NCBI GenBank assembly: GCA_964364885.1
Contig: CAYIOA010000003.1
Span: 1,558-35,200 of the forward strand
Length of the DNA: 33,643 bases
Reading direction: 5' to 3'
Origin: Candidatus Woesearchaeota archaeon
GTDB lineage: Archaea; Nanobdellota; Nanobdellia; Pacearchaeales; GW2011-AR1
This document shows positions 16,939 to 25,528 of the stretch, piece by piece. How positions within the stretch are numbered: position 1 is the first letter of the stretch; each line of letters begins with the position of its first letter. A model generated the notes under the pieces. The model worked only from the letters and a program-made list of their open reading frames with translations, did not search any database and had not been told where the DNA came from. A program made the position numbers and the translations under genes.

Positions 16939-18051
16939 ATGGGAAAGATAATATATCTCGATAATGCCGCTACAACGCGTGTTAAAGAAGAAGTTGTTAG
17001 AGTTATGCAAGAATATCTTGTTAAAGAGTATGGGAATCCTTCATCTTTGCATCAATCCGGGGAGAATGCAAAGAAAGCTGTAAATGGCGCAAGGGACAAA
17101 CTTGCAAAAGAGATTAATGCAAATTCCCGAGAGATAATTTTTACCTCTGGAGGAACTGAATCTAATAATCTGGCAATTCTGGGAGCTGCAGGCGCATATC
17201 CCAATAAAAAAAAGATAATAGTGGGCTCAGCAGAGCATCCTTCTGTTTTAGAAACATGCGAATTTTTAGAGAAGAAGAACTATGATATAATAAAAATTCC
17301 TGCTGATAAAGACGGAATTATTAGAATTTCAGAACTGGAAACTGAAATAAAAAAAAATTGCAAGGAAATTTTATTGGCGTCGTTTATGCATGTCAATAAT
17401 ATAACCGGCACAATTCAAGATGTTGCCAGAATAGGAAAAATATGCAGGGAGAACAATGTTTTTTTTCATAGCGACGGAGCGCAGAGTTTTGGAAAATTAG
17501 AAATTGATGTTAAAAAAATGAGCATTGATTTGTTTTCTGCGTCTGCCCATAAGATTGGAGGACCAAAAGGGATTGGCTTTCTTTATATAAAGGAAGGGAT
17601 AAAAATAAACCCAATTATTTTTGGAGGAGGACAGGAGAGAGGCTTAAGAAGCGGCACAGAAAATGTTCCGGCTATTGCTGGTTTTGCAAAGGCGCTTGAA
17701 ATCTCCAGAAGGACAGATAAAAAAAAGATATTAAAATTGCGTGATAAAATTATTCTGGAGCTTGAGAAAATTGGAGGAGAGATTAGCGGCTCAAAAGAAA
17801 AAAGAATTTATAATAACATTGCTGTTTCCTTTCCAGAAATCGAATCAGAGGCGCTCGTTATTTATCTCTCACAGAAAAAGATTTATGTTTCTGCAGGGAG
17901 CGCGTGCGATAGCAATAAAGAATTTGAAAAAGCAGCGCATGATGAAAAAGAATTAATTAGAATAACTCTGAATGAAGATTTAAGCTATAAAGATGCGGAG
18001 TATTTGATTAATGAAATTAAAAAGGCAGTAAAAATTTTTAGTCTCAAATAA
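16939..18051 (+). CDS. iscS: Cysteine desulfurase, group I (IscS/NifS-like)
   Basis: YLDNAATT, GNPSSLH, FTSGGTESNN, SAHKIGGPKG, GGGQERGLRSGTEN, SAGSAC. Confidence 0.93.
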   Translation: MGKIIYLDNAATTRVKEEVVRVMQEYLVKEYGNPSSLHQSGENAKKAVNGARDKLAKEINANSREIIFTSGGTESNNLAILGAAGAYPNKKKIIVGSAEHPSVLETCEFLEKKNYDIIKIPADKDGIIRISELETEIKKNCKEILLASFMHVNNITGTIQDVARIGKICRENNVFFHSDGAQSFGKLEIDVKKMSIDLFSASAHKIGGPKGIGFLYIKEGIKINPIIFGGGQERGLRSGTENVPAIAGFAKALEISRRTDKKKILKLRDKIILELEKIGGEISGSKEKRIYNNIAVSFPEIESEALVIYLSQKKIYVSAGSACDSNKEFEKAAHDEKELIRITLNEDLSYKDAEYLINEIKKAVKIFSLK

Positions 18052-18116
18052 GAATAGAGGAGAAAACTATTTAAATGATATAAACATGATATAATCAGAT
18101 TAAATAAAATAAAAAA

Positions 18117-18124
18117 GGAGGTGA
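18117..18124 (+). promoter_or_regulatory. Strong Shine-Dalgarno sequence
   Basis: GGAGGTGA immediately upstream of the ATG at 18127. Confidence 0.75.
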
Positions 18125-18126
18125 AA

Positions 18127-18468
18127 ATGGCCAAAGTTGGTGGGGTAAATATGATTGGCAAGTGGGCTTTTTTAATTGGTTTTGTCCTTGCAGTCTTATT
18201 GGGAGCTTTCTCTAGAACGTTAACGCCTTACATGGTTTATGCGTTGGTTGTAATAGGACTTGTTGTCGGCTTTTTGAATGTAGCTGGCAGGGAAGTATCT
18301 CAATTCCTGATATCTGGTGCTGTTTTAGTTATCGTGGCTTCGTTAGGTCAAGAGACTATTTCAACTGTGCCTATCATGGGCAGTGTTTTGCAAGCATTAC
18401 TAACCTTATTCGTACCAGCAACACTTATTGTTGCAGTAAAGCATGCCTTTAGCTTAGCAAAGAATTAA
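18127..18468 (+). CDS. Small four-TM membrane protein
   Basis: Almost entirely hydrophobic, with GLVVGFLNV...E...FL. Flanked by an SD and a T-rich terminator. Confidence 0.8.
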   Translation: MAKVGGVNMIGKWAFLIGFVLAVLLGAFSRTLTPYMVYALVVIGLVVGFLNVAGREVSQFLISGAVLVIVASLGQETISTVPIMGSVLQALLTLFVPATLIVAVKHAFSLAKN

Positions 18469-18470
18469 AA

Positions 18471-18501
18471 CTCCTTTTTTCTTTTTATTATTTTATTTTT
18501 T
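18471..18501 (+). terminator. Oligo-T archaeal terminator
   Basis: CTCCTTTTTTCTTTTTATTATTTTATTTTTT directly after the stop codon. Confidence 0.6.
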
Positions 18502-18542
18502 AACACACAAAGACTTAAATATAATTATCCTTTATTATAAAA

Positions 18543-19463
18543 ATGAAAGGTAAAGAGGGAAATGTTAAAATAGGTCCGAATATTTATTTTTATTATTGGA
18601 CTATACCTCTCTTTTTTGTTTTTCTGCTTCTAAATTATTACTCCAGAAATTTTAGGATTGAGACTCTTGATATTGATTTGATGATATCTATTGTGTCTTT
18701 TCTTTTTGGCTTTTTGATTACTATAAGCTTTTCTATGTTATTGACTAGAGTTGCTGCATTAAAAGAAGCGCTTGCCGGCGAGACTGGAAGATTAGTCAGC
18801 TTGTACCATTTGTCCAAGAATTTAGGAGAAAAGTTTCATAAAAAAGTAGCTGACAAAATAGATGACTACACTAAAAAGACTCTCGGCTTTTACACGAATT
18901 ATGAACTTGGAAGAGAAGAAATCTATGGAATGTATGATGATTTAGATTCTATGGAGATTAAGAATGATAAACAGGGCGCTATCGTGAATTCGTTTTTATA
19001 TGTTCTTGGCGAGCTAGAGCCAATAAGAGAAAAACTTGAATATTTAACAGGAAGAAGAATGGAATGGTCTTTGAAATTCTCTAATTATGTTCTTGGGATT
19101 ATTTTGGTAGTTTTGTTATTTTTGAACCGGGGGGACAGCTTTACAAACACCCTTTTCATAATTTTGTCTACAATAATAGTCTTCATATTCTTGATTATCG
19201 AGGATTATGACTCTCTGCGCATTGGAGATTATATCTCTAATATAAGCAATTCTGAGCAGATATTTGACATGCTCGGGAGAAACCGATATTACCCGCAGTC
19301 TGTTCTGGAAAGAGTTAGACTAGAAAGCGGAAAAACTTACAGAATAGGAATTTATAACAAACATAAAAAAGAAGAGCAGATATTTGACATTGTATATTCG
19401 CAAACTTTTGATGCCAGGATAAAACGCCTGTTAAAAGTTTTAGGAAGAAAAAATAATAATTAA
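18543..19463 (+). CDS. Membrane protein, possibly DUF4239/bestrophin-like
   Basis: Two TM, a helical cytoplasmic region (A.E...L..L), two TM, then IEDYD. The family call rests on topology only. Confidence 0.55.
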   Translation: MKGKEGNVKIGPNIYFYYWTIPLFFVFLLLNYYSRNFRIETLDIDLMISIVSFLFGFLITISFSMLLTRVAALKEALAGETGRLVSLYHLSKNLGEKFHKKVADKIDDYTKKTLGFYTNYELGREEIYGMYDDLDSMEIKNDKQGAIVNSFLYVLGELEPIREKLEYLTGRRMEWSLKFSNYVLGIILVVLLFLNRGDSFTNTLFIILSTIIVFIFLIIEDYDSLRIGDYISNISNSEQIFDMLGRNRYYPQSVLERVRLESGKTYRIGIYNKHKKEEQIFDIVYSQTFDARIKRLLKVLGRKNNN

Positions 19464-19507
19464 AGATTAGGGGATAAATTTATAATTATCACTTGTTTCA
19501 TATTTTT

Positions 19508-20200
19508 ATGGATGTGAAAAACAAAATAGTTCTAATTACCGGCGCCAGCAGCGGCATAGGAAAGTCTATTGCGGAATTATCCCTGAAAAAAGGAGCGAGG
19601 GTTGTAGTATTTGGCTTAAACAAACCATCTTTGGATGTTGAATTTTATAAAACTGACGTCTCTAAAGAAAACGAGATAAAAAAATCCTTATCTAGACTCA
19701 AGAAAATTGATGTGCTGATTAATAATGCCGGTGTTGCAAAAACTGCAAAAGTCCAAGAGACATCAAATGAAATTTTGGATGAAATGCTGACTATTAATTT
19801 TAAGGGCTTATTCTGGATGTCGAAACACTCAATTCCAAAATTCAATGATGGCGGGTGTATTATTAACATCAGCTCTCTTGCAGGCATAAAAAGTTTTGAG
19901 GGATATGGAGTTTACTGCGCGACAAAATCAGCAGTTATTAGTCTTACAAAAACTCTTGCTTTAGAATTGGCAAACAGAAAAATTAGGGTTAATTCTATAG
20001 CCCCAGGAGTAATTGATACTAAGATATGGAAAAAAATTTATGGAAAGGAAGGCAGAAAAAAATTTAAAGAATATTCTAAATATCCTCTTCTTAAAAGGGC
20101 TGGCAAGCCTGAGGAAATAGCCAAGACGGCGTTATTTATCTGTGAAAATGATTATATCAATGGAGAGACTATTGTTGTTGACGGCGGGGAGCAGGTTTAG
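19508..20200 (+). CDS. Classical short-chain dehydrogenase/reductase
   Basis: TGASSGIG, NNAG, ISS, YCATK, VNSIAPG, VDGG. The ATG at 19508 lies 29 nt after a TATA. Confidence 0.93.
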   Translation: MDVKNKIVLITGASSGIGKSIAELSLKKGARVVVFGLNKPSLDVEFYKTDVSKENEIKKSLSRLKKIDVLINNAGVAKTAKVQETSNEILDEMLTINFKGLFWMSKHSIPKFNDGGCIINISSLAGIKSFEGYGVYCATKSAVISLTKTLALELANRKIRVNSIAPGVIDTKIWKKIYGKEGRKKFKEYSKYPLLKRAGKPEEIAKTALFICENDYINGETIVVDGGEQV

Positions 20201-20245
20201 TAGAATAGTCGACATCTTTATAAATGTCTTATTGCCTTTATAGGC

Positions 20246-20308
20246 ATGAGAAAGTCCATAAGAAGATCGCGGAGAAGAAGAAAATTGTTGAAGAGATTGA
20301 AAAAATAG
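20246..20308 (+). CDS. Putative 20-aa Arg/Lys-rich microprotein MRKSIRRSRRRRKLLKRLKK
   Basis: Manual translation. TTTATAAA at 20217-20224 starts exactly 29 nt before the ATG, and the ORF fills the gap up to a convergent gene. Confidence 0.6.
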   Translation: MRKSIRRSRRRRKLLKRLKK

Positions 20309-20581
20309 TTATTTTTTTATCTTAGTTCTGATATTTCTTCTTGACTTTTTTATCTGGAGTTTCTTTTTTGAAAAGACAAAAATGTAAAGTATCTCCAGCA
20401 AGCCCATGGTGTTAACAAAAAGCAAGACAATAAACCAAATTGGCTGATTTGAGCGTCCTGCCCGCCAGAGAGCAAGAGCTTTCCAGATTAAAGACCATAC
20501 TAAAACAATTATGATAAACCATAAGGGAACTGAATATTGCGAAGCCAATTGCTGAAGCAGAGAGATTAATTCGCTTGCCAT
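20309..20581 (-). CDS. DUF5652-like small membrane protein
   Basis: WSLIWKALALWRAGRSNQPIWF...VNTMGLLEILYIF. Confidence 0.78.
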   Translation of the reverse strand: MASELISLLQQLASQYSVPLWFIIIVLVWSLIWKALALWRAGRSNQPIWFIVLLFVNTMGLLEILYIFVFSKKKLQIKKSRRNIRTKIKK

Positions 20582-20647
20582 TGAGAGAAGAAAGTTGCGC
20601 TATATAAAAACTTTTTGTGTGAATGTTAACAGAACTTTGTCAGATAA

Positions 20648-20787
20648 AGAGATTGCCTAAAATTTCGCTATCCCCACCTCAAACTGATAGGTATTCTTCG
20701 CGAAATTTTTCGCTTCGCGAGCAACAATCTCTAATTGTCAAATTGACGACGCAGCAAGTTGCAGGGCATTAAACCCAATTTGACAAT
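20648..20787. repeat. Nested inverted-repeat element (structured RNA or REP/IS200-605-like remnant)
   Basis: Inverted repeats AGAGATTG (20648-55)/CAATCTCT (20725-32), AAAATTTCGC (20659-68)/GCGAAATTTT (20700-09) and ATTGTCAAATTG (20734-45)/CAATTTGACAAT (20776-87). The last pair encloses GCAGC-AA-GTTGC. Confidence 0.65.
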
Positions 20788-20866
20788 AAAATAGTTTTGT
20801 CACTCTAAAAATAAGAATTTAATTTTTTATAGTTTAATAGACGATAAAAAATATTATATGGAAATC

Positions 20867-20874
20867 TTTAAATA
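20867..20874 (+). promoter_or_regulatory. TATA box of the nrdR-nrdJ operon
   Basis: GGAAATC-TTTAAATA. The predicted start site falls just at NrdR box 1. Confidence 0.55.
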
Positions 20875-20899
20875 TCAAATAAAATTTTAGTGTGTATTA

Positions 20900-20946
20900 C
20901 CACAATAAGTTGTGTTAAAAAATAATAAAAACACAAGATATTGTGG
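20900..20946. promoter_or_regulatory. Two tandem NrdR boxes
   Basis: CCACAATAAGTTGTGT (20900-15) and ACACAAGATATTGTGG (20931-46) are 16-bp near-palindromes resembling the NrdR consensus acaCwAtATaTwGtg, offset by 31 bp. Confidence 0.85.
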
Positions 20947-20957
20947 TGGTAAATGAA

Positions 20958-21401
20958 ATGCACTGCCCTTATTGCCTGAATGTTGAAACAAAAGTTGTTG
21001 ATAAAAGGGACATTGGAGGGGCAACAAAGCGCAGAAGAGAGTGCTTTAAGTGCGGTCGGAGATTTAGCACAAGAGAGCTTGTAGAATATGCTGAACTCCG
21101 TGTGATTAAGAAGGACGGCAGAAGAGAGCACTTTGACAGGGAAAAATTAAAAAGAGGTATAGTAAAGGCCTGCGAGAAGAGGCCGATTACTACAGAGAAG
21201 ATAGATAAAATGATAGCTATGGTAGAGGAAAAATTGCAAAAAAAGGGGAAGGAAATTCCAGCAACACTCATAGGAGATTTGACTTCTAAGGAATTAAAAA
21301 AAATTGACAAGGTTGCTTATATAAGATTTGCTTCTGTTTATAAAGATTTTACAGAATTGGATGATTTTAAAAAAGAGATAAGGGAGCTGATAAAGAGATA
21401 A
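20958..21401 (+). CDS. nrdR: Transcriptional repressor NrdR
   Basis: MHCPYC, VVDKR, RRRECFKC..RFST.E, ATP cone VIKKDGRRE.FDREKL, D.VAYIRFASVY. Confidence 0.95.
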   Translation: MHCPYCLNVETKVVDKRDIGGATKRRRECFKCGRRFSTRELVEYAELRVIKKDGRREHFDREKLKRGIVKACEKRPITTEKIDKMIAMVEEKLQKKGKEIPATLIGDLTSKELKKIDKVAYIRFASVYKDFTELDDFKKEIRELIKR

Positions 21402-21402
21402 A

Positions 21403-24294
21403 ATGACATTTGAGCTAACAAATAAAAAAAAGGTGTATGATGAGAATGGAAACGGGAATGGTCTTTCAGAGGGAAGGATTGGCGGTTACTCTGGTGTTCC
21501 TAGAATTTATCTGGATAAATTAAAGATTGAGAGATACTTCACTCACTCGGGAAAAAGCCCTTTTGAATATGATATTTTTGGGAATCCTATAAGATGGGTT
21601 TCAGAAGATGTTAGTGTTACAGATGACATGGGAAAGCTAATTTTTACCCAGCCGAATGTCAGGAGGCCTGAATTTTGGTCGTCGCTTGCGATTAAAGTTG
21701 TTGCAAACAAATATTTTTGGGGCGACCAGAAAAAAGGCGAGAGAGAAAATTCTGTTGAATTGCTGGTTGGCAGAGCCGCCAGATTTATTGGAAGACAGGC
21801 TTTCAAGCAGAGATACTTTAATGAAGAGCAGTCTGATATATTGAGAGATGAGATTGCTGCGATTTGCTTAAATCAAATGTGCGTATTTAACTCTCCTGTT
21901 TGGTTCAATGCAGGAATTTTTGAGTATAATAAAGAAGCAGGAGGAGTTTCTGCATATAAATGGGATTCTGCACTTGGGAAAGTTGTAAGAGCAAGTGTTG
22001 GAGAGGATAGGCCGCAATGTTCTGCCTGCTTCATACAGGGTATTGAGGATAACATGGATTCTATTATGAGTGTTCAAGTTGCAGAAGCAAATTTATTTAA
22101 GGCTGGCTCTGGAACAGGAACAAACCGCTCTCCATTAAGGAGTTCTAAAGAGACTTTAACTGGTGGAGGACGCGCTTCAGGACCTGTAAGCTTTATGCGA
22201 GGATATGATTCTTATGCGGGCGTTATAAAATCAGGCGGTAAAACAAGAAGAGCTGCAAAAATGGAAATATTGAATGTTGATCATCCTGACATAATTGAGT
22301 TTGTTGAAGCAAAACAAAAAGAAGAAAAAAAAGCATGGGCGTTGATTGAACAGGGCTACGACGGCGGAATGAACGGAGAAGCTTACAAAAGCATTTCATT
22401 TCAGAACTGCAACATGTCTGTCAGCGTGCCTGACTCGTTTATGGAAGCAGTAAAGGAGGATAAAGAATGGCAGACAAAATATGTGAAGAAAAAAGAAGTT
22501 TGTGAGAGCTTTAAAGCCAGGCATATATTGAATAAAATCGCAGAAGGCACATGGATTTGCGGGGACCCTGGAATATTCTGCGACACAATAATAAATAGAT
22601 ATCATACAAGCAAGAATTCAGGAAGAATTAATGCCAGCAATCCGTGTTGTGAGTATTTATATCTTGATGATACTGCATGCAATTTAGCATCAATAAATCT
22701 AATTAAATTCAGAACACCGGAAGGAAGCTTTGATGTTGATAAATTTAAGAGAGTTGTGAAATATTTTATTATTGCGATGGACATCATTGTTGACGGCGCA
22801 AGCTACCCGACTGAGAAGATAACTGAAAGGTCGCATGTTTTTAGAACTCTTGGATTGGGCTATGCTAATCTTGGGGCCTTGTTAATGTCTTTCGGCCTGC
22901 CTTATGATTCTGAAGAAGGAAGAGCTGTTGCTGCTGCGATAACTGCTATAATGTGCGGAGAAGCTTACAAAACTTCTGCAGAAATTGCATCTTTGATTGG
23001 TCCTTTTCCAGGATTTGAGGAGAATAAAGAGCCTATGCTAGAAGTAATAAAGATGCATAGAGAACACGTTAAGGAAATTAATGTTGAGAAAATGCCCTCT
23101 CATTTGAGATATTTAGTTAATGATGCCTGGGACTCCTGGGCAGAGGCTCTTGAGCTTGGAGAAAAATATGGTTTTAGAAATGCACAGACAACTGTTATCG
23201 CTCCTACAGGAACTATTGCTTTTATGATGGATTGCGATACAACCGGAATTGAGCCAGATATTGCTTTAATAAAATATAAAGTTTTAAGCGGAGGTGGAAT
23301 GTTAAAAATTGTTAATAGGTCTGTGCCGCTTGCTTTGAAAAATCTTGGATATAAAGATGAGCAAATCAGGGAGATAATTGAATATACTGACAGGAATGAC
23401 AGTATAGAGGGGGCGCCTTATTTGAGAGAAGAGCATCTGCCTGTTTTTGACTGCGCATTTAAGCCAGCAAAAGGAAAAAGATTTATTCATTATAAAGGGC
23501 ATATAAAAATGATGGGCGCCTGCCAGCCGTTTATTTCAGGAGGCATTAGCAAGACGATTAATATGCCTGAACATTCCAGTGTGGAGGAGATTGCAGATGC
23601 GTATGTTTTCGCATGGGAGCAGGGATTAAAGGCGATTGCGATTTACCGCGAGAACAGCAAACGAAGCCAGCCATTGAATACGCAAAAAACTGAAGGAGAG
23701 ATTGTAAAGAAACAAGAGCCTAAGAATAAATTAGGCGAGAGAACTAAACTTCCGCAGACAAGGAAATCTATCACCCATAAATTTGACATATCAGGGCATG
23801 AGGGCTTTGTTACAGTTGGATTATATGATGACGGCAAACCCGGGGAGATTTTTGTGACGATGCATAAACAAGGCTCGACAATCAGAGGATTAATGGATGC
23901 ATGGGCAACTTCTGTCTCATTAAACTTGCAATATGGCGCTAATGTGAATGACTTATTTGGAAAATTCAGGCATCATAAATTTGAGCCAGCTGGTTTTGTG
24001 AAAAATTTAAACGGGGGAGAGATTGACAGCAAGATAAAACAAATTAGAACTGCTTCGTCTATTGTCGATTATGTTGCGCAGTTTATGCTTAATAACTTTG
24101 GTGTAAGAAGCAGTGCAATTGATGTAGAAGTTGAGAATTTTGAGGACCTTAAAGAAGAGCAAGCGTCGCTAGAAGAATTCTCAAATGAAGGTCTTGCTTG
24201 TCCGATCTGCGGCGGTGTTGCAAAACGTATTGGCAACTGCGCTATTATGTGCACAAGCTGCAATCAAACTACAAGAAGCGGCTGCGGCGAGTAG
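21403..24294 (+). CDS. nrdJ: Class II (B12-dependent) ribonucleotide reductase with TSCPD domain and C-terminal Cys cluster
   Basis: FNSPVWFN, PQCSACFI, GGKTRRAAKM, NPCCEY, ACNLAS, APTGTI, SKTINMP, GKPGEIF, CPIC..CTSC..GC. Confidence 0.95.
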   Translation: MTFELTNKKKVYDENGNGNGLSEGRIGGYSGVPRIYLDKLKIERYFTHSGKSPFEYDIFGNPIRWVSEDVSVTDDMGKLIFTQPNVRRPEFWSSLAIKVVANKYFWGDQKKGERENSVELLVGRAARFIGRQAFKQRYFNEEQSDILRDEIAAICLNQMCVFNSPVWFNAGIFEYNKEAGGVSAYKWDSALGKVVRASVGEDRPQCSACFIQGIEDNMDSIMSVQVAEANLFKAGSGTGTNRSPLRSSKETLTGGGRASGPVSFMRGYDSYAGVIKSGGKTRRAAKMEILNVDHPDIIEFVEAKQKEEKKAWALIEQGYDGGMNGEAYKSISFQNCNMSVSVPDSFMEAVKEDKEWQTKYVKKKEVCESFKARHILNKIAEGTWICGDPGIFCDTIINRYHTSKNSGRINASNPCCEYLYLDDTACNLASINLIKFRTPEGSFDVDKFKRVVKYFIIAMDIIVDGASYPTEKITERSHVFRTLGLGYANLGALLMSFGLPYDSEEGRAVAAAITAIMCGEAYKTSAEIASLIGPFPGFEENKEPMLEVIKMHREHVKEINVEKMPSHLRYLVNDAWDSWAEALELGEKYGFRNAQTTVIAPTGTIAFMMDCDTTGIEPDIALIKYKVLSGGGMLKIVNRSVPLALKNLGYKDEQIREIIEYTDRNDSIEGAPYLREEHLPVFDCAFKPAKGKRFIHYKGHIKMMGACQPFISGGISKTINMPEHSSVEEIADAYVFAWEQGLKAIAIYRENSKRSQPLNTQKTEGEIVKKQEPKNKLGERTKLPQTRKSITHKFDISGHEGFVTVGLYDDGKPGEIFVTMHKQGSTIRGLMDAWATSVSLNLQYGANVNDLFGKFRHHKFEPAGFVKNLNGGEIDSKIKQIRTASSIVDYVAQFMLNNFGVRSSAIDVEVENFEDLKEEQASLEEFSNEGLACPICGGVAKRIGNCAIMCTSCNQTTRSGCGE

Positions 24295-24301
24295 AAATGC
24301 A

Positions 24302-24526
24302 ATGAGAAAAATTACTCAGATTATTGTTCTTAGTATTTTAATTATGGGATTATTCTTATTGGCATATTTTATATCATGGGGCAATGCTTATGCTGTTCAA
24401 GGCGCGACGGTTGACAATGATACCGGAATTAATCCGTTTAACAATTTTTATCCTCTTATTTATGGGCTTTTGATTATGGGGGTTCTGGCTGTATTAATTT
24501 TAGTAAGCCTGGACAAACTAAATTAA
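24302..24526 (+). CDS. Small two-TM membrane protein
   Basis: MRKITQIIVL... from the ATG at 24302, 7 nt after the nrdJ stop. Two hydrophobic segments. Confidence 0.6.
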   Translation: MRKITQIIVLSILIMGLFLLAYFISWGNAYAVQGATVDNDTGINPFNNFYPLIYGLLIMGVLAVLILVSLDKLN

Positions 24527-25113
24527 TCTGTTAAAGGCACAAAAACGAAGCCGGGAAATTCTTGTTTTTTAATTGAGTTATTTTGTTTTTTAATTTTGAA
24601 TATAGAATTATTTATCGGCGCTACTATAATGCCCTGGTCTTTTAATTGAGCATAGAGAGATTCTGGCAGTTCCCGTGATTCAGCACTTATTAAAATTCTG
24701 TCAAATGGAGCTTTTTCTTTTAATCCTTGAGAGCCGTTTTTATTATAAATTTTTATGTTTTTATATTTGCTGAGAGTTTGTTCTGAGTTTTTTGCAAGCG
24801 AGCTTATTATTTCAATACCATAAATTTCCCCTTTTGTTATTTCTGATAAAAGAGCCAGAACATAGCCAGAGCCAGAGCCAATTTCTAAAATTTTTTGTCC
24901 TTTTTTTAATTCTAGAAGCTCCAGCATAAAGGCGATTGTTGACGGCTGTGATATTGTTGCTCCTTTTTCTAGGGGCAGCGCATCGTCATAATAAGCAAAC
25001 TTTCTTGAATTTTCTGGGATGAAATTTTCACGCGGAACTTTGCTAAAAGCTGACAGGATTTTTCGTGACAAACCTTTATTTTTTAAGCTAATAATTAATT
25101 CTTTTTTGTTCAT
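24523..25113 (-). CDS. pcm: Protein-L-isoaspartate O-methyltransferase
   Basis: VPRENF, AY.D..LP, TISQP, LEIGSGSGY, APFDRI, FVPL. Confidence 0.93.
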   Translation of the reverse strand: MNKKELIISLKNKGLSRKILSAFSKVPRENFIPENSRKFAYYDDALPLEKGATISQPSTIAFMLELLELKKGQKILEIGSGSGYVLALLSEITKGEIYGIEIISSLAKNSEQTLSKYKNIKIYNKNGSQGLKEKAPFDRILISAESRELPESLYAQLKDQGIIVAPINNSIFKIKKQNNSIKKQEFPGFVFVPLTD

Positions 25114-25188
25114 AATAATACTAGGATTGATAATATTAAAAGATTAACGTGCCAAAAGCTTTATTAATTGAAAAAAATAAGCTGATGT

Positions 25189-25509
25189 ATGGCCACAAAT
25201 ACAACTGACTTGGATTCTAAAACATTTAATAAATTTATCAAAGAGGGGGATTGTGTTGTTGATTTCTGGGCAGAGTGGTGCGGGCCATGCAAGATAATGG
25301 GGCCTATTTTTGAAGAAGGAGCTAAGGAATTTAAAGGAAAAGTTAGATTTGGCAAGGTCGATGTTGATAAAAATAATGAATTGGCGCAGCGTTTTGGAGT
25401 TATGAGCATCCCGACAACTATTTTTTTTAAGAAAGGGGAGCAGATTGATAGATTCTCCGGAGCTGTCTCCAAGAGCGCGCTGATAAAGATGATTAAAGAA
25501 GCGTTTTGA
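25189..25509 (+). CDS. trxA: Thioredoxin
   Basis: VDFWAEWCGPC, SIPT. TATA 29 nt upstream. Confidence 0.96.
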   Translation: MATNTTDLDSKTFNKFIKEGDCVVDFWAEWCGPCKIMGPIFEEGAKEFKGKVRFGKVDVDKNNELAQRFGVMSIPTTIFFKKGEQIDRFSGAVSKSALIKMIKEAF

Positions 25510-25528
25510 GTTTGTTAGTGACTTAAAA

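Noticed and set aside
20600-20950. CRISPR array or cobalamin riboswitch in the long intergenic region
   Set aside because: There are no regularly spaced direct repeats and no recognisable B12-box. The structure consists of inverted repeats and NrdR boxes.
21403-24294. Intein in NrdJ (also considered for RfcS, PolB and Rpo1/2)
   Set aside because: Lengths are normal or short, and no intein splice-junction or LAGLIDADG motifs are visible.
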